A stretch of 64,000 bases of DNA from Hyphomicrobiaceae bacterium (GCA_033764875.1 JANRIO010000011.1:6405-70404), one strand, 5' to 3'. Numbered from the stretch's first letter, positions 46,574 to 57,507 are shown. Translations and numbers: made by a program. Notes: generated from the sequence alone by a model not told the origin.

Positions 46574-48289
46574 ATGCGAAAGCCAGCCGTCCTTATCGTC
46601 GACGACGATCCGATATGCCGCTCGATCGCGGCCAGGAAGCTCGAGGCGGTCGCCGACGTGGAGGAGGCGGCCGACGGCTTCGACGCCCTGGCGCATCTGC
46701 AGACCCGCACCTACGATCTCGCCATCATCGACCTCGAGATGCCGCTGTTCGACGGCTTCGCGCTGATGAAGGCTGTCCGCTCGCACCCGACCCTCAAGCA
46801 TATGCCGATGGTGGTCCTGACGGCGGACGAGACGCCGAACGCGCTCGAGCTCTCCCTCGTCGCGGGCGCCACGTCGTTCCTGGTGAAGCCGCTCAACTGG
46901 AAGATATTCGGTCCCCACATCCAGCACGTTCTCGACCTTGCCTTTCAGGCCGGTCACATCGCCCATCACGACATGCTGACGGAGCTGCCGAACCGCCGCT
47001 ATTTCAACCGGCGTGCGCAGGAGGCGCTTGCGGCTCTCCAGGGTGGCAAGGCGCTGGCCATCCACGCCATCGATCTCGACGGCTTCAAGTCGGTCAACGA
47101 CAGTCTCGGCCACGCCGCCGGCGATCGCCTGCTGCGCATGGTTGCGGACCGCATCCGGCCGCAATTGCGCGCCGAGGACGTGATTGCCCGCATGGGCGGC
47201 GACGAGTTCGCGATCCTGCAACCCAATGTCGCCTCCGAGAAGGACGCCAGGGGCCTGGCGGCGCGTCTTCTCGAGCAGTTCAAGGAGCCGTTCGCCGTCG
47301 ACCATCACTCTGTCTTTGTCGGCGCCAGCGTTGGCATTGCGCTCGCCCCTGAGCATTCCTCCGAGGCCGAGGCGCTCCTGCGTTGCGCCGACCAGGCCCT
47401 GTATCTGGCCAAGGCCTCCGGCCGCAGCGGCGTGCGCGTGTTCGATCCGGGCGTCGACGCCGAGCACCGGGCGCGCAAGGTCCTGCAGGCCGGCGTCGCC
47501 ACGGCCGTCGCCTCGCACGCCTTCCAGGTTCACTATCAGCCCGTGTTCCGCGTCGCCGATTCCGCCCTCACGGGCTTCGAGGCGCTGCTGCGCTGGAACG
47601 ACCCCGTCCACGGCTGCGTCAGCCCGGCCAAGTTCATTCCCATCGCGGAGGAATCTGGCGTCATCGCCGCCCTCTCCACCTGGGTGCTGCGCGAGGCGTG
47701 CCGGCAGGCGGAAAGATGGCCCAAGCCGCTGCGCGTCGCCGTCAACATCTCTCCGACCTTCCTGAAAGGGGTCGGCCTCGTCGAGGCCATTGAGATCGCG
47801 CTTGGCGCCTCCGGCATCGACCCGCAGCGCCTCGAGATCGAGATCACCGAGACCGGCCGCATCTGCGACAGCAAGGCCGCGGTCGAGACGCTCCACCGCA
47901 TCCGCCGGCTCGGCGTGCGCATCGTCAGCGACGACTTCGGCACCGGGCAATCGACCCTGCTCGAGCTGCAGGCGTTCCCCTTCGACAAGATCAAGATCGA
48001 CAAGTCGTTCGTGCAGAGGTCCGTGCACGATCGCAACTCCATGAGCATCATTCGCGCCGTCGCCTCCCTGGCCACCTCCATGGGCATCACCTCCACCGCC
48101 GAGGGCGTCGAGACCGACGAGCAGTTCCAGCTCGTGAACTCCTGCGGCTGCGACGAGGTGCAGGGCTTCCTCTTTGCGGGCGCCATGTCGGCACGCCAGC
48201 TGCCGCGCTTCATCGCCCGGCACACCGGATCGGGCTCCCAGCAGGCCGCCTCCAAGCCGCGCCGCAGGAAGGCCCTCGCGCCGACCTGA
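46574..48289 (+). CDS. Response regulator with REC-GGDEF-EAL architecture (paralog 2)
   Basis: Collinear with paralog 1: VLIVDDD...AIIDLEMP, RAED I-site, GGDEF, FEALLRW, DDFGTGQST, KIDKSF, EGVETDEQ. Confidence 0.9.
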   Translation: MRKPAVLIVDDDPICRSIAARKLEAVADVEEAADGFDALAHLQTRTYDLAIIDLEMPLFDGFALMKAVRSHPTLKHMPMVVLTADETPNALELSLVAGATSFLVKPLNWKIFGPHIQHVLDLAFQAGHIAHHDMLTELPNRRYFNRRAQEALAALQGGKALAIHAIDLDGFKSVNDSLGHAAGDRLLRMVADRIRPQLRAEDVIARMGGDEFAILQPNVASEKDARGLAARLLEQFKEPFAVDHHSVFVGASVGIALAPEHSSEAEALLRCADQALYLAKASGRSGVRVFDPGVDAEHRARKVLQAGVATAVASHAFQVHYQPVFRVADSALTGFEALLRWNDPVHGCVSPAKFIPIAEESGVIAALSTWVLREACRQAERWPKPLRVAVNISPTFLKGVGLVEAIEIALGASGIDPQRLEIEITETGRICDSKAAVETLHRIRRLGVRIVSDDFGTGQSTLLELQAFPFDKIKIDKSFVQRSVHDRNSMSIIRAVASLATSMGITSTAEGVETDEQFQLVNSCGCDEVQGFLFAGAMSARQLPRFIARHTGSGSQQAASKPRRRKALAPT

Positions 48290-48307
48290 CGGGGAGCGCC
48301 GTCGGGG

Positions 48308-49246
48308 TCACCCGGCCGAGCCCGACGCGAAATGCGCACGCCAGTGCCGCGCCACGTCGATGCCGCGGCAGAACCAGACGCGCTCGTGTGCCCGCATGTG
48401 CGCGATCAGCCGCGCCAGGCCCGGCGCCCGCCCCGGCCGGCCGATCAGGCGGTCGTGCAGCCCGATGGAGAGCAGCTTCGGCGCCCCGGCCTTGCCCTCG
48501 GCATAGAGCGTGTCGAAGGCGTCCCGCATGTAGGTGAAGAAGTGGTCGGCGGTCGAGAACCCGGCGTTCTCGTTGAAGCGGTTGTCGTTGGTCTCGTACG
48601 AGTACGGGATCACGAGGTGCGGCCCCTGCGGCATCGCCACCCAGTACGGCAGCTCGTCGGCGAGCGAGTCCCGGTCGTAGAGGAAGCCGCCCTCCTCGCA
48701 GACGAGCCGCCGCGTGTTGGGCCCCGGCCGTCCCGTCATCCAGCCCAGCGGGCGTGCGCCGGTGAGCGCCTGGATCGTGGCGACGGCTTTCGCCATGTGC
48801 GCCCGCTCGACGTCCTCGCCGACCTCCCCGTAGTCGATCCAGCGCCAGCCGTGGCTCACGATCTCGTGCCCGTCCGCGACAAAGGCGCGCGCGAGCTCCG
48901 GGTTGAGCTCGAGCGCCCGCGCCACGCCGAGCACGCTCACCGGGATGCGGGCATTCCGGAACATCTCGAGCAGCCGCCAGCAGCCGCGCCGGCTGCCGTA
49001 CTCGAACACCGATTCCACCAGCGGCACGCGCTTGCCCCGCTTCTCGGGCACGCCGATGTCGTTGAGCATGCCTTCGGAGACCGCATCGCCGTTGGCAAGC
49101 GTCGCCTCGCCGCCGCCCTCCACGTTCAGGTTGAAGTTGACGGCGATGTAGGCGTCCTCCGGCCATTGCGGGTCCGGCGGCGAGGCGCCGTATCCCACGA
49201 GGTCGCGCGCGACCATGCCGTCAGGCTTCGGCGTCAGGGCTGCCAT
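48308..49246 (-). CDS. puuE: Allantoinase PuuE (polysaccharide-deacetylase-type)
   Basis: Long collinear similarity to PuuE as I recall it (RDLVGYG..PP.P.WP, FEYGSR.G.WR, GHEI.SHG.RWIDY, RPLGW.TGR.GPNTRRLV.EEGGFLYD, PHLVIPY, SIGLH.RLIGRP). Confidence 0.8.
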   Translation of the reverse strand: MAALTPKPDGMVARDLVGYGASPPDPQWPEDAYIAVNFNLNVEGGGEATLANGDAVSEGMLNDIGVPEKRGKRVPLVESVFEYGSRRGCWRLLEMFRNARIPVSVLGVARALELNPELARAFVADGHEIVSHGWRWIDYGEVGEDVERAHMAKAVATIQALTGARPLGWMTGRPGPNTRRLVCEEGGFLYDRDSLADELPYWVAMPQGPHLVIPYSYETNDNRFNENAGFSTADHFFTYMRDAFDTLYAEGKAGAPKLLSIGLHDRLIGRPGRAPGLARLIAHMRAHERVWFCRGIDVARHWRAHFASGSAG

Positions 49247-49285
49247 GGCACTCTCCGGGTGTTGCGGACATTGCTCGGCGGCGCG

Positions 49286-50419
49286 TCAGGCGTGCCCCGC
49301 CAGGGGCGCCGTCATGGCGTCGTAGCCGAAGAACCAGTCGGTGTCGGCGGCGTGGTGCATCCAGCTGTTCTCCATCGAGATCCGCTGCACCTCGGCGACG
49401 CGCGGGATCCTGGTCGCCGCATAGACGCCGAAGGCCTCGCCTGCGGCGTCGAAGCGCGCGATGCATCGGCTGAGCACCGCTGCATCCTCGATCGCGGAGG
49501 CCCCGCCCGCGGCCATGTAGGGCCGCACGGGATGGCACGCATCCCCCATCAGCACCACGTGGCCGCGGCTCCAGGTGTCGTTGCGCGGCCGGTCGCAGAT
49601 CGGCCAGATGCTCACCTCTCGGGCCGCCTCGACGATGCGCGTGAGGTCGGGGTGGAAGTCCGCGAAGGCCGCGATCATGTCCTCGCGCGCACCCGCAATC
49701 GAGGTCTCGCCGTGCTCCCACGCCGCCTGCGGCACGGCGCCCATCAGATACACCTCGTCGCGGCGTGCGGTCATGAAGTAGGAGAGCATGTGGCGGTCGC
49801 GGCCCCACCATTTGGTGCAGTCGTCGATCGTCCCGCCGGCGATGCGGTCGGCGGCGAAGATGGCGCGCTGCGCGATGCGGCCCGCATAGCGCGGCGCCTC
49901 CGCCCCGAGCAGGCAGTCGCGCACGCGCGAGCGCAGCCCGTCGGCGCCGATCACGATATCGGCCGTTGTGCGGCTGCCGTTGGCGAAGGCCAGCGCGATG
50001 CCGCCGGCCGTCTCCTCGAGGCCCGCGAGCTGGTGGTCGAAGCGGATCGTGCCGGGTGCCAGCGCCGTCTCGAGCACCTTGTGCAGGTCCGCCCGGTGGA
50101 TGTTGAGGAACGGCGCACCGAAGCGGCGCTCGGATGCATCATCGAGCTCCAGCCGGTAGGTTGTCTCGCCGGTGTCGCCGGCACGGCTGATGAAGGCCCG
50201 GGGCGCGATGGCGGTGCGCCTGAGCAGTTCCTCGAGCCCGAGCCTGCGCAGCACCTTCACGGCGTTGGCGCTGAGGATGATGCCGGCCCCGATGCGCGCG
50301 AAATGCGGCGCCTGCTCGTAGATCCGCACGGCGAACCCCGCCCGCTGCAGCAGCCCGGCCACCGTCATTCCGGCCAGTCCCGCGCCGACGATGGCGATGC
50401 GGACCGCAGTGGGCGTCAT
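49286..50419 (-). CDS. FAD-dependent aromatic-ring hydroxylase family monooxygenase (possible urate hydroxylase by context)
   Basis: IVGAGLAGM dinucleotide fold, DIVIGADGLRS, and GDACHPVRPYMAAGGASAIEDA. Adjacent to puuE. Confidence 0.7.
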   Translation of the reverse strand: MTPTAVRIAIVGAGLAGMTVAGLLQRAGFAVRIYEQAPHFARIGAGIILSANAVKVLRRLGLEELLRRTAIAPRAFISRAGDTGETTYRLELDDASERRFGAPFLNIHRADLHKVLETALAPGTIRFDHQLAGLEETAGGIALAFANGSRTTADIVIGADGLRSRVRDCLLGAEAPRYAGRIAQRAIFAADRIAGGTIDDCTKWWGRDRHMLSYFMTARRDEVYLMGAVPQAAWEHGETSIAGAREDMIAAFADFHPDLTRIVEAAREVSIWPICDRPRNDTWSRGHVVLMGDACHPVRPYMAAGGASAIEDAAVLSRCIARFDAAGEAFGVYAATRIPRVAEVQRISMENSWMHHAADTDWFFGYDAMTAPLAGHA

Positions 50420-50633
50420 TCAGGTCTCCCCGCCCGGCCGGGCGCGATGTGCGAACGCCCGCGATATTGCCAAGGCGGCGCAGCTCGCGCCAGACCGATC
50501 CCGCCTGCGAAGGGCGCGGTCGAGGCGGCCGGCGAGGCGCCGGGAGCAGCCGACCGCCAAAACCGTAGGCCCGCTGCACAACGCCTGGGCGGTCGACGTC
50601 GGCTTCGGGGGCCTTGCACCGGCCCGGCAGTGC

Positions 50634-50897
50634 CTACGCCGCCTCTGCGGTCGCCTGCATCTCGTTGGCCATCTCGATGAGCTCGCACCGCAGCGCCTCC
50701 TCGAAGTCCCGCGCGATGAACCGCAGGAAGGTCGCAAGGCTCAGCAGGCTGGCGCGCCGCGCCCTCGGTTCCAGCGCGTGGATGGCGGTCGGCAGGCTCG
50801 GGAGCTGATCCGTCGCCAGATCGGCCGTGCGCCGCCAGTGCCGAAGATAGCCCTCGGGAACCTCAATCAACTGGAACAGCCAAGCACTGTCGGACAC
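50634..50897 (-). CDS. Hypothetical small protein (87 aa)
   Basis: An ORF with non-repetitive composition in an otherwise unassigned 640-bp gap. No family recognised. Confidence 0.25.
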   Translation of the reverse strand: MSDSAWLFQLIEVPEGYLRHWRRTADLATDQLPSLPTAIHALEPRARRASLLSLATFLRFIARDFEEALRCELIEMANEMQATAEAA

Positions 50898-51055
50898 GCG
50901 ACGCTCGCAAGACGAGGAGGCGCCCCGATCATAGGGCGCCGCCGGCGTCTTGTATGGGCCCGCGACGGTGGCCGCCTCAACAGGCGGCCGCGATGGTTAA
51001 CCGCAGGGTCAAGGCCGCCGCGCGTGGGATGGCCTGCTCCGCGCGCGTTGCCGGC

Positions 51056-51511
51056 CTAGTTGCCCGCGGCGTTGGTGAACGCCTCGAGCGCCCCGGCCAT
51101 CGTCTTCAGGGCCTCGTCGCGGCCGTCGAGCTTGTAGCGCGCCTTCAACGTGGAAGGCGGCGTGTAGCCGATCCAGACCTTGCCGGCATCGTCCTCCCAG
51201 ACCAGAACCCGCATCGGCAGGTCGATGGCGACCTGACGGTTGGCCTGCATCAGCGGCGTGCCGAGCTTCGGGTTGCCGAACAGCAGCACCTCGGTCGGCT
51301 TCAGGTCCAGTCCGGCGGCCTTCGCCGCGGCGGCATGGTCGATGCGTGCCGCCGGTGTGATACCCTTGTCCTTCAGGGCCGCGGCGAGCCGGTCGACCGT
51401 CTCCTTCACGGCGAACTTGCTGGGCTTGGTGGTCAGCTCGTCCGCGAGCGCCGCTGAGAGCGGCAGAGCGAGAGCAACCAGCACCATCGTCAATCTTGTC
51501 AGGACGCGCAT
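51056..51511 (-). CDS. Exported DUF302 domain protein
   Basis: Signal peptide MRVLTRLTMVLVALALPLSAALA. DUF302-like core (ARIDHAAAAKAAGLDLKPTEVLLFGNPKLGTPLM...IDLPMRVLVWED). Confidence 0.7.
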   Translation of the reverse strand: MRVLTRLTMVLVALALPLSAALADELTTKPSKFAVKETVDRLAAALKDKGITPAARIDHAAAAKAAGLDLKPTEVLLFGNPKLGTPLMQANRQVAIDLPMRVLVWEDDAGKVWIGYTPPSTLKARYKLDGRDEALKTMAGALEAFTNAAGN

Positions 51512-51579
51512 GCGACACCTTCCTTCCGTGAGCGTGCAGTGAGCACGTGTAATCTCGCCCCGGCGGGGCGAGGCAGAGC

Positions 51580-52620
<1,041 letters not shown>

Positions 52621-52816
52621 GCGGCCTCCCGGGAAGCGCCTCGGATGCCCTACGCAGCAGCCCCCGCCCGGGGTAACAGCGCAGTCGGTCACGTTTAGTT
52701 TATCGCGCGGAGGCGGACCGCATTGCGCGCAAGCCGACCACGCCGGGAATTCGCGCGACCCGCGCGTCGATCCCGGCTACGCTGTCCGACCGAAACGACA
52801 GGCGCAGGCGTGCCCA

Positions 52817-53620
52817 ATGACCGACTTCCCCTCCGACATCGAGTATGCCGAGCGCGGCGAGGGTACGCCCGTGCTGTTCCTGCCCGGCAGCTTCGGCACG
52901 GGTGCGGGATGGAAGCCGGTCATCGACCGGATCGGCGGCAGCCATCGCGTCATCACCACGAGCCTGCTCGGCTACGGCGCCACGGCGGAGCGTCGGCCGC
53001 TTGGCAACCAGACCATGCGGCAGCAGACCGAGGTGATCGACGCCATTCTGGCCCGCGCCGGCGCGCCCGTCCATGTCGTGGCTCATTCCTATGGCGGCCT
53101 TGCTGCTCTTGCCCATGCCGTCGAAGGCGCAGTGAAGCCGGCGTCCTTGACCCTGATCGAGGCGAACCCGCTCGGCCTGCTGCGCACGTGCGGTGAAGCC
53201 GGCCACTATGCTGCGTTCGGCGCCATGACGAGCGTCTATTTTGCGGAGTTCGAGGCCGGGAGGCCCCATGCCGCACGCCACGTCATCGACTTCTACGGCG
53301 GCGCCGGCACCTTCGACGCCTTCCCCGAGCGCGTTCGCGACTACATCGTCAAGACCACGCCGAGCAACATCCGCGACTGGTCCTCGGGCACCGCGTTCGA
53401 GCCGCCGCTCTCCGTCTATGCCGCGATTGCCGCCCCCACGCTCGTCGTCCGTGGCGGCAACGGCCATCCGGCCATGCTGCGCCTGGCCGAGCTTCTGGCC
53501 GCCACCATCCCCGGTGCGCGGCTCGCCACCGTGGCGGGCGGCAGCCACTTCCTGCCGACCACGCATGCGGCCGAGCTCGCAGGCCTCGTGGCATCCCACG
53601 TCGACGGTCGAGCGACGTAG
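52817..53620 (+). CDS. Alpha/beta-fold hydrolase
   Basis: PVLFLPGSFG and the VVAHSYGG nucleophile elbow. ATG at 52817 in the track ORF 52322-53620. Confidence 0.75.
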   Translation: MTDFPSDIEYAERGEGTPVLFLPGSFGTGAGWKPVIDRIGGSHRVITTSLLGYGATAERRPLGNQTMRQQTEVIDAILARAGAPVHVVAHSYGGLAALAHAVEGAVKPASLTLIEANPLGLLRTCGEAGHYAAFGAMTSVYFAEFEAGRPHAARHVIDFYGGAGTFDAFPERVRDYIVKTTPSNIRDWSSGTAFEPPLSVYAAIAAPTLVVRGGNGHPAMLRLAELLAATIPGARLATVAGGSHFLPTTHAAELAGLVASHVDGRAT

Positions 53621-53625
53621 CCCGC

Positions 53626-54504
53626 TCACGCCGCCCGGTCGAGCCCGAGCGCCTTCACCGCGTTCTGCTTCAGGATCAGGTCGTGCACCTCCGGCTTGAA
53701 GCCGGTGGCGGGGTCCTTGAAGTCGGCGATCCAGCGGTCGGGCGCGATCAGCGGGAAATCGGACCCGAACAGCATCTTGTGCTTGAGCTGCCCGTTGGCC
53801 CTGCTGACCAGCTCTTTCGGGAAGTACTTCGGGCTCCAGCCCGACAGGTCGATGTAGACGTTGGGCTTGTGCAGGCACACCGACAGCGCCTCGTCCTGCC
53901 ACGGCCAGGACGGATGCGCGATGATCACCGTCATGTCGGGGAAGTCGGCGGCGACGTCGTCGACGTGCATCGGGTTCGAGTACTTGAGCTTCAGCCCGCC
54001 GCCGCCCGGCATGCCGGTGCCGATCCCCGAGTGCCCGGAGTGGAAGATGGCAGGCAGCTTGTGCTCCGCGATCACCTCGTAGAGCTGGTAGGCCATCGGG
54101 TCGTTGGGGAAGAAGCCCTGCACCGTCGGGTGGAACTTGAAGCCCTTGATGACGCCGGCCTTGATCAGGTCGCGCGCCTCCCGCACGCCCATGCGGCCCT
54201 TGTGGGGGTCGATGGAGGCGAACGCCATCATCATGTCGGCGTTGGCGGCGGCGGCCTCCGCCACCTCCTCGTTGGGGATGCGCTTGTTGCCGATCTGGAA
54301 CTCGCTGTCGACCGTGAACATCACCAGCCCGATCTTGCGCTCGCGGTAGTAGGCGACCGTCTCGGCGATGGTCGGCCGCTTGCCGGCCTTGAAGTACTTG
54401 TTCGCCGCCTCCTCGTAGGGCAGCCAGTGGGCATCGGCCGGCTGCCGGCACGACACCTCCGCATGGGTGTGCACGTCGATGGCGATCAGCTCGTCGATCT
54501 TCAT
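53626..54504 (-). CDS. Amidohydrolase-2 (ACMSD-like metal-dependent hydrolase/decarboxylase) family protein
   Basis: IDVHTHAE metal-binding start, IIAHPSWPW, and FGSDFP near the C-terminus. Confidence 0.75.
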   Translation of the reverse strand: MKIDELIAIDVHTHAEVSCRQPADAHWLPYEEAANKYFKAGKRPTIAETVAYYRERKIGLVMFTVDSEFQIGNKRIPNEEVAEAAAANADMMMAFASIDPHKGRMGVREARDLIKAGVIKGFKFHPTVQGFFPNDPMAYQLYEVIAEHKLPAIFHSGHSGIGTGMPGGGGLKLKYSNPMHVDDVAADFPDMTVIIAHPSWPWQDEALSVCLHKPNVYIDLSGWSPKYFPKELVSRANGQLKHKMLFGSDFPLIAPDRWIADFKDPATGFKPEVHDLILKQNAVKALGLDRAA

Positions 54505-54956
54505 GGGGCCACTTCTCCTCCCGGCGGACGGTGGTCTTGCTGCGGGCTGAAGGGAGACGATCGCGAGATCGTTGTCAATGGCAACGAGCGCGCGGGCGGC
54601 GCAGCTCCGCCTGTCGCCCGGCGCCGGCCGGTGCTCACAGTGTCATGGTCGGGCTTGTCCCGACCATCCACCCATCCGCACGTCCAGCGCCCGCGGACGG
54701 GTGGCTCCCCGGGTCCCTCGAAACAAGCTCGAGGGCAGCCAAGCTCCGAGGATGATGACTGCCGTGGAGCGCGACGGAAGGGTCCAACCGGACATGTGTG
54801 GGACCCGCCCGAGGATGACACTGGCTGCGCCCCGAAGCCGATCTTGATCAGGATCAAGTCGTCCCGGCCGCCGTGGCACTACTCAGCTCAGGACGTGCGC
54901 TTGGCGGGGCGCCAGCCCCCCATCGCACGAAGCACGTCAGCCCGAGGAAACGCCCG

Positions 54957-55346
54957 ATGACCAAGCCCGAGGAGAAGCTGCGCCACGTCCGCCTGGAGCT
55001 TGCGCGCGACCACGAGTTTCCGGACGGCTCGAGCCGCCACGGCTACGAGTTCGTCGCCCCGCTCGACGACGAGGGCCGCCTTGATCTGGAGGCCTTCAAG
55101 AAGCTGAAGGACCGCGCCCGCGTGCGCCGCTTCTGGGGCCACGATCCGGTCGAGGTCGGGCACATCCTGCACAAGCGGGGAGGCACCTGGGCCTTCCACT
55201 ACGACATCCACGGCGATGCCGAGCACGACGAGGCCGGCTTCCGCTTCGACACGCACCGCTTCGTGCCGGGCGAGTACGTCTCGCTCAAGGAGCAGGACGG
55301 CACCCAGCGCACCTTCCGCGTCGTCAAGGTTGGCGAGCTGGAGTAG
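54957..55346 (+). CDS. Conserved hypothetical cytoplasmic protein (129 aa)
   Basis: Non-repetitive, well-balanced sequence (HVRLELARDHEFPDGSSRHGYEFVAPLD...). No family recognised. Confidence 0.55.
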   Translation: MTKPEEKLRHVRLELARDHEFPDGSSRHGYEFVAPLDDEGRLDLEAFKKLKDRARVRRFWGHDPVEVGHILHKRGGTWAFHYDIHGDAEHDEAGFRFDTHRFVPGEYVSLKEQDGTQRTFRVVKVGELE

Positions 55347-55551
55347 CCGGTCGGGCGGCGGCAGCCGGCTCTAGGGTTCCCCGCGCTCGAATGCGCCGGG
55401 CTTTGCCGAGCCCGCGGCCATCGTCTGCTGGGCATCGACACGTTGGGCCATCTGCTCGACCGCCGCTCTGTCACTCACTTTCCGATAGGTGCGCGGTCGC
55501 ACCGGGCGTGGCAGTCTCGCTCATCCACCACAGCCACAAACCGGAGACAGC

Positions 55552-56307
55552 CGCATGCAGATCAAGCTCGAGGGAAAGCGCGTGCTCGTGGCAGGCGGCA
55601 GCAAGGGCATCGGCCGCGCCATCGCGCTGGCCTGCGCCGACGCCGGCGCCTCCGTCTCGATCTGCGCCCGCGGGGCCACGGCGCTGGAGGCGACGCGCGG
55701 CGAGATTGCGGCCAGGGGCGGCGTTGCGCATGCGGCCGCCTGCGATCTTGCCGATCGCGAGGCGATTGCCGGCTACGTCGCGTCGGCGGCGGCGGCCCTC
55801 GGCGGCATCGACATCCTCGTCAACAATGCCTCCGGCTTCGGCGCGAGCGACGACGAGGCGGGCTGGGCCGCCGGTCTGAACGTGGACGTGATGGCGACGG
55901 TCAGGGCCTCCCACGCCGCTCTGCCGCACCTGGAGAAGGCGGGCGGCGGCGCCATCCTCAACATCTCCTCCATCTCGGGCTACGCCGCCAGCGCCCGCTC
56001 CGCGCCCTACGCCGCCGTCAAGGCGGCACTCATCAACTACACCATGAGCCAGGCGCTGATGCTGGCCCCCAAGCGCATCCGCGTGAACGCCGTCGCGCCC
56101 GGCTCCATCGAGTTCCCCGGCGGCATGTGGGCGGAGCGCAAGACCTCCAACCCCGGGCTCTATGACGCCATCCTCCGCTCGATCCCCTGGGGCCGCCTCG
56201 GCACGCCCGAGGAGGTCGCCGCGGTCGCCGTGTTCCTCTGCTCGGACCTCGCCCGCTGGGTGACCGGCCAGACCGTCGTCGTCGACGGCGGCCAGATGCT
56301 CACCTGA
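55552..56307 (+). CDS. Short-chain dehydrogenase/reductase (SDR)
   Basis: AGGSKGIGRA, NNAS and YAAVKAA motifs. Confidence 0.85.
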   Translation, partial: RMQIKLEGKRVLVAGGSKGIGRAIALACADAGASVSICARGATALEATRGEIAARGGVAHAAACDLADREAIAGYVASAAAALGGIDILVNNASGFGASDDEAGWAAGLNVDVMATVRASHAALPHLEKAGGGAILNISSISGYAASARSAPYAAVKAALINYTMSQALMLAPKRIRVNAVAPGSIEFPGGMWAERKTSNPGLYDAILRSIPWGRLGTPEEVAAVAVFLCSDLARWVTGQTVVVDGGQMLT

Positions 56308-56479
56308 CCCGCCTGCCGCCCTCGATCCCTCGCTCGGGCCATCGCTGGGGCGGGATGTTTCGCCGGGAACATCCGGGGCGGTGCCCGGACCCTAGACTGC
56401 ACGGCGTTTTGTCCCGATCCGCCGCCGCGCGCTGGGCACGCTGTCGCGTGTCCGGCTCCGTGGCCTTCAGGAGCCGCCC

Positions 56480-57340
56480 GTGCGCAACCCTGTCCCGACG
56501 CTGTGTCTGCGAATGGCCGCTGCCGTTGCGATCCTGCTGCTTGCAGCGGTCTCCGCCCGCGCCGAGCCGCCGCCGCCCGGCCGCCTCGTCGTCGAGCCTG
56601 CGGCCCGCTCGGACGGCACCGTCACCATGGCCTGGAGCGGCCGGGTGGCGGGCTCCATGGCGGACCAGATCCGCGCCGTCTTCGAGGCGGAGAGGCATCG
56701 CGCCCGCCGCATCGTGCTCAAGCTCAATTCGGGCGGCGGCTCGGTCAGCGAGGGCGAGCGTGTGATCGGGCTGTTGCGCGAGATCCGGGCGACGCACGAC
56801 CTGGAGACCGTCGTCGAGCAGGGCCAGATCTGCGGCTCCATGTGCGTGTTCATCTACCTGCAGGGCGCACGCCGCGTCGCCGCATTGAGCAGCCTCTGGC
56901 TCTTCCACGAGATCTCGTACCACGACCCGAAGACGAACCGCATCCTCCGCCTCGATCGGGCTGCCTGGGAGCGCCTCGTCGAGAAGTACTATCCCGCCGC
57001 CGGCGTCTCCTCCGCCTGGATCGAGCGCATGAAGCCCCTGACGGTCGCCTCCGACTACTGGCAGACGGGCGCCGATCTCGTCCGCGACCAGTCCGGCATT
57101 GTCCACGCGACCCTGTCCAACCGGCGCGAGCGCCTGATCGCGGAGCGCCCCCCGGCCTCGCCCGAGGCCGGCCGCGAGCCGCCCCAGCAGCCCCCCGCTC
57201 CCCGGGCCCCGGTCGCCCCCAAGGCGCAGGAGCCCGAGCCGGCCGCACCTCCGCCTCGCTACGCGACCACCTTCGAGACCAAGGCCTGCCACACGCACCT
57301 TCCCGACAAGCAGGTTTACGTTAACACCCCGTGCGGGTGA
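56480..57340 (+). CDS. Exported hypothetical protein, possibly ClpP/SppA-like (COG3904-like) fold, with a Pro-rich C-terminal tail
   Basis: Signal peptide. LKLNSGGGSVSEGERVIGLLREI resembles ClpP-family periplasmic proteins. Tail PPASPEAGREPPQQPPAPRAPVAPKAQEPEPAAPPP. Confidence 0.45.
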   Translation: MRNPVPTLCLRMAAAVAILLLAAVSARAEPPPPGRLVVEPAARSDGTVTMAWSGRVAGSMADQIRAVFEAERHRARRIVLKLNSGGGSVSEGERVIGLLREIRATHDLETVVEQGQICGSMCVFIYLQGARRVAALSSLWLFHEISYHDPKTNRILRLDRAAWERLVEKYYPAAGVSSAWIERMKPLTVASDYWQTGADLVRDQSGIVHATLSNRRERLIAERPPASPEAGREPPQQPPAPRAPVAPKAQEPEPAAPPPRYATTFETKACHTHLPDKQVYVNTPCG

Positions 57341-57507
57341 GCCGGAGGGTGGGGCCGGCTCGCGTTTTCGTGGCGAAATGCTCTGCACGCTGCTACATAT
57401 GGTGTGTGCCGGCGCCGCGCAGACACCAGCCGATGGGGTTGTACGCGAACCCCGATGGGCGGGCGCGCGTTGCTAGTGAAGTTCCTGCGTAGTCACGGCC
57501 GACCCCC

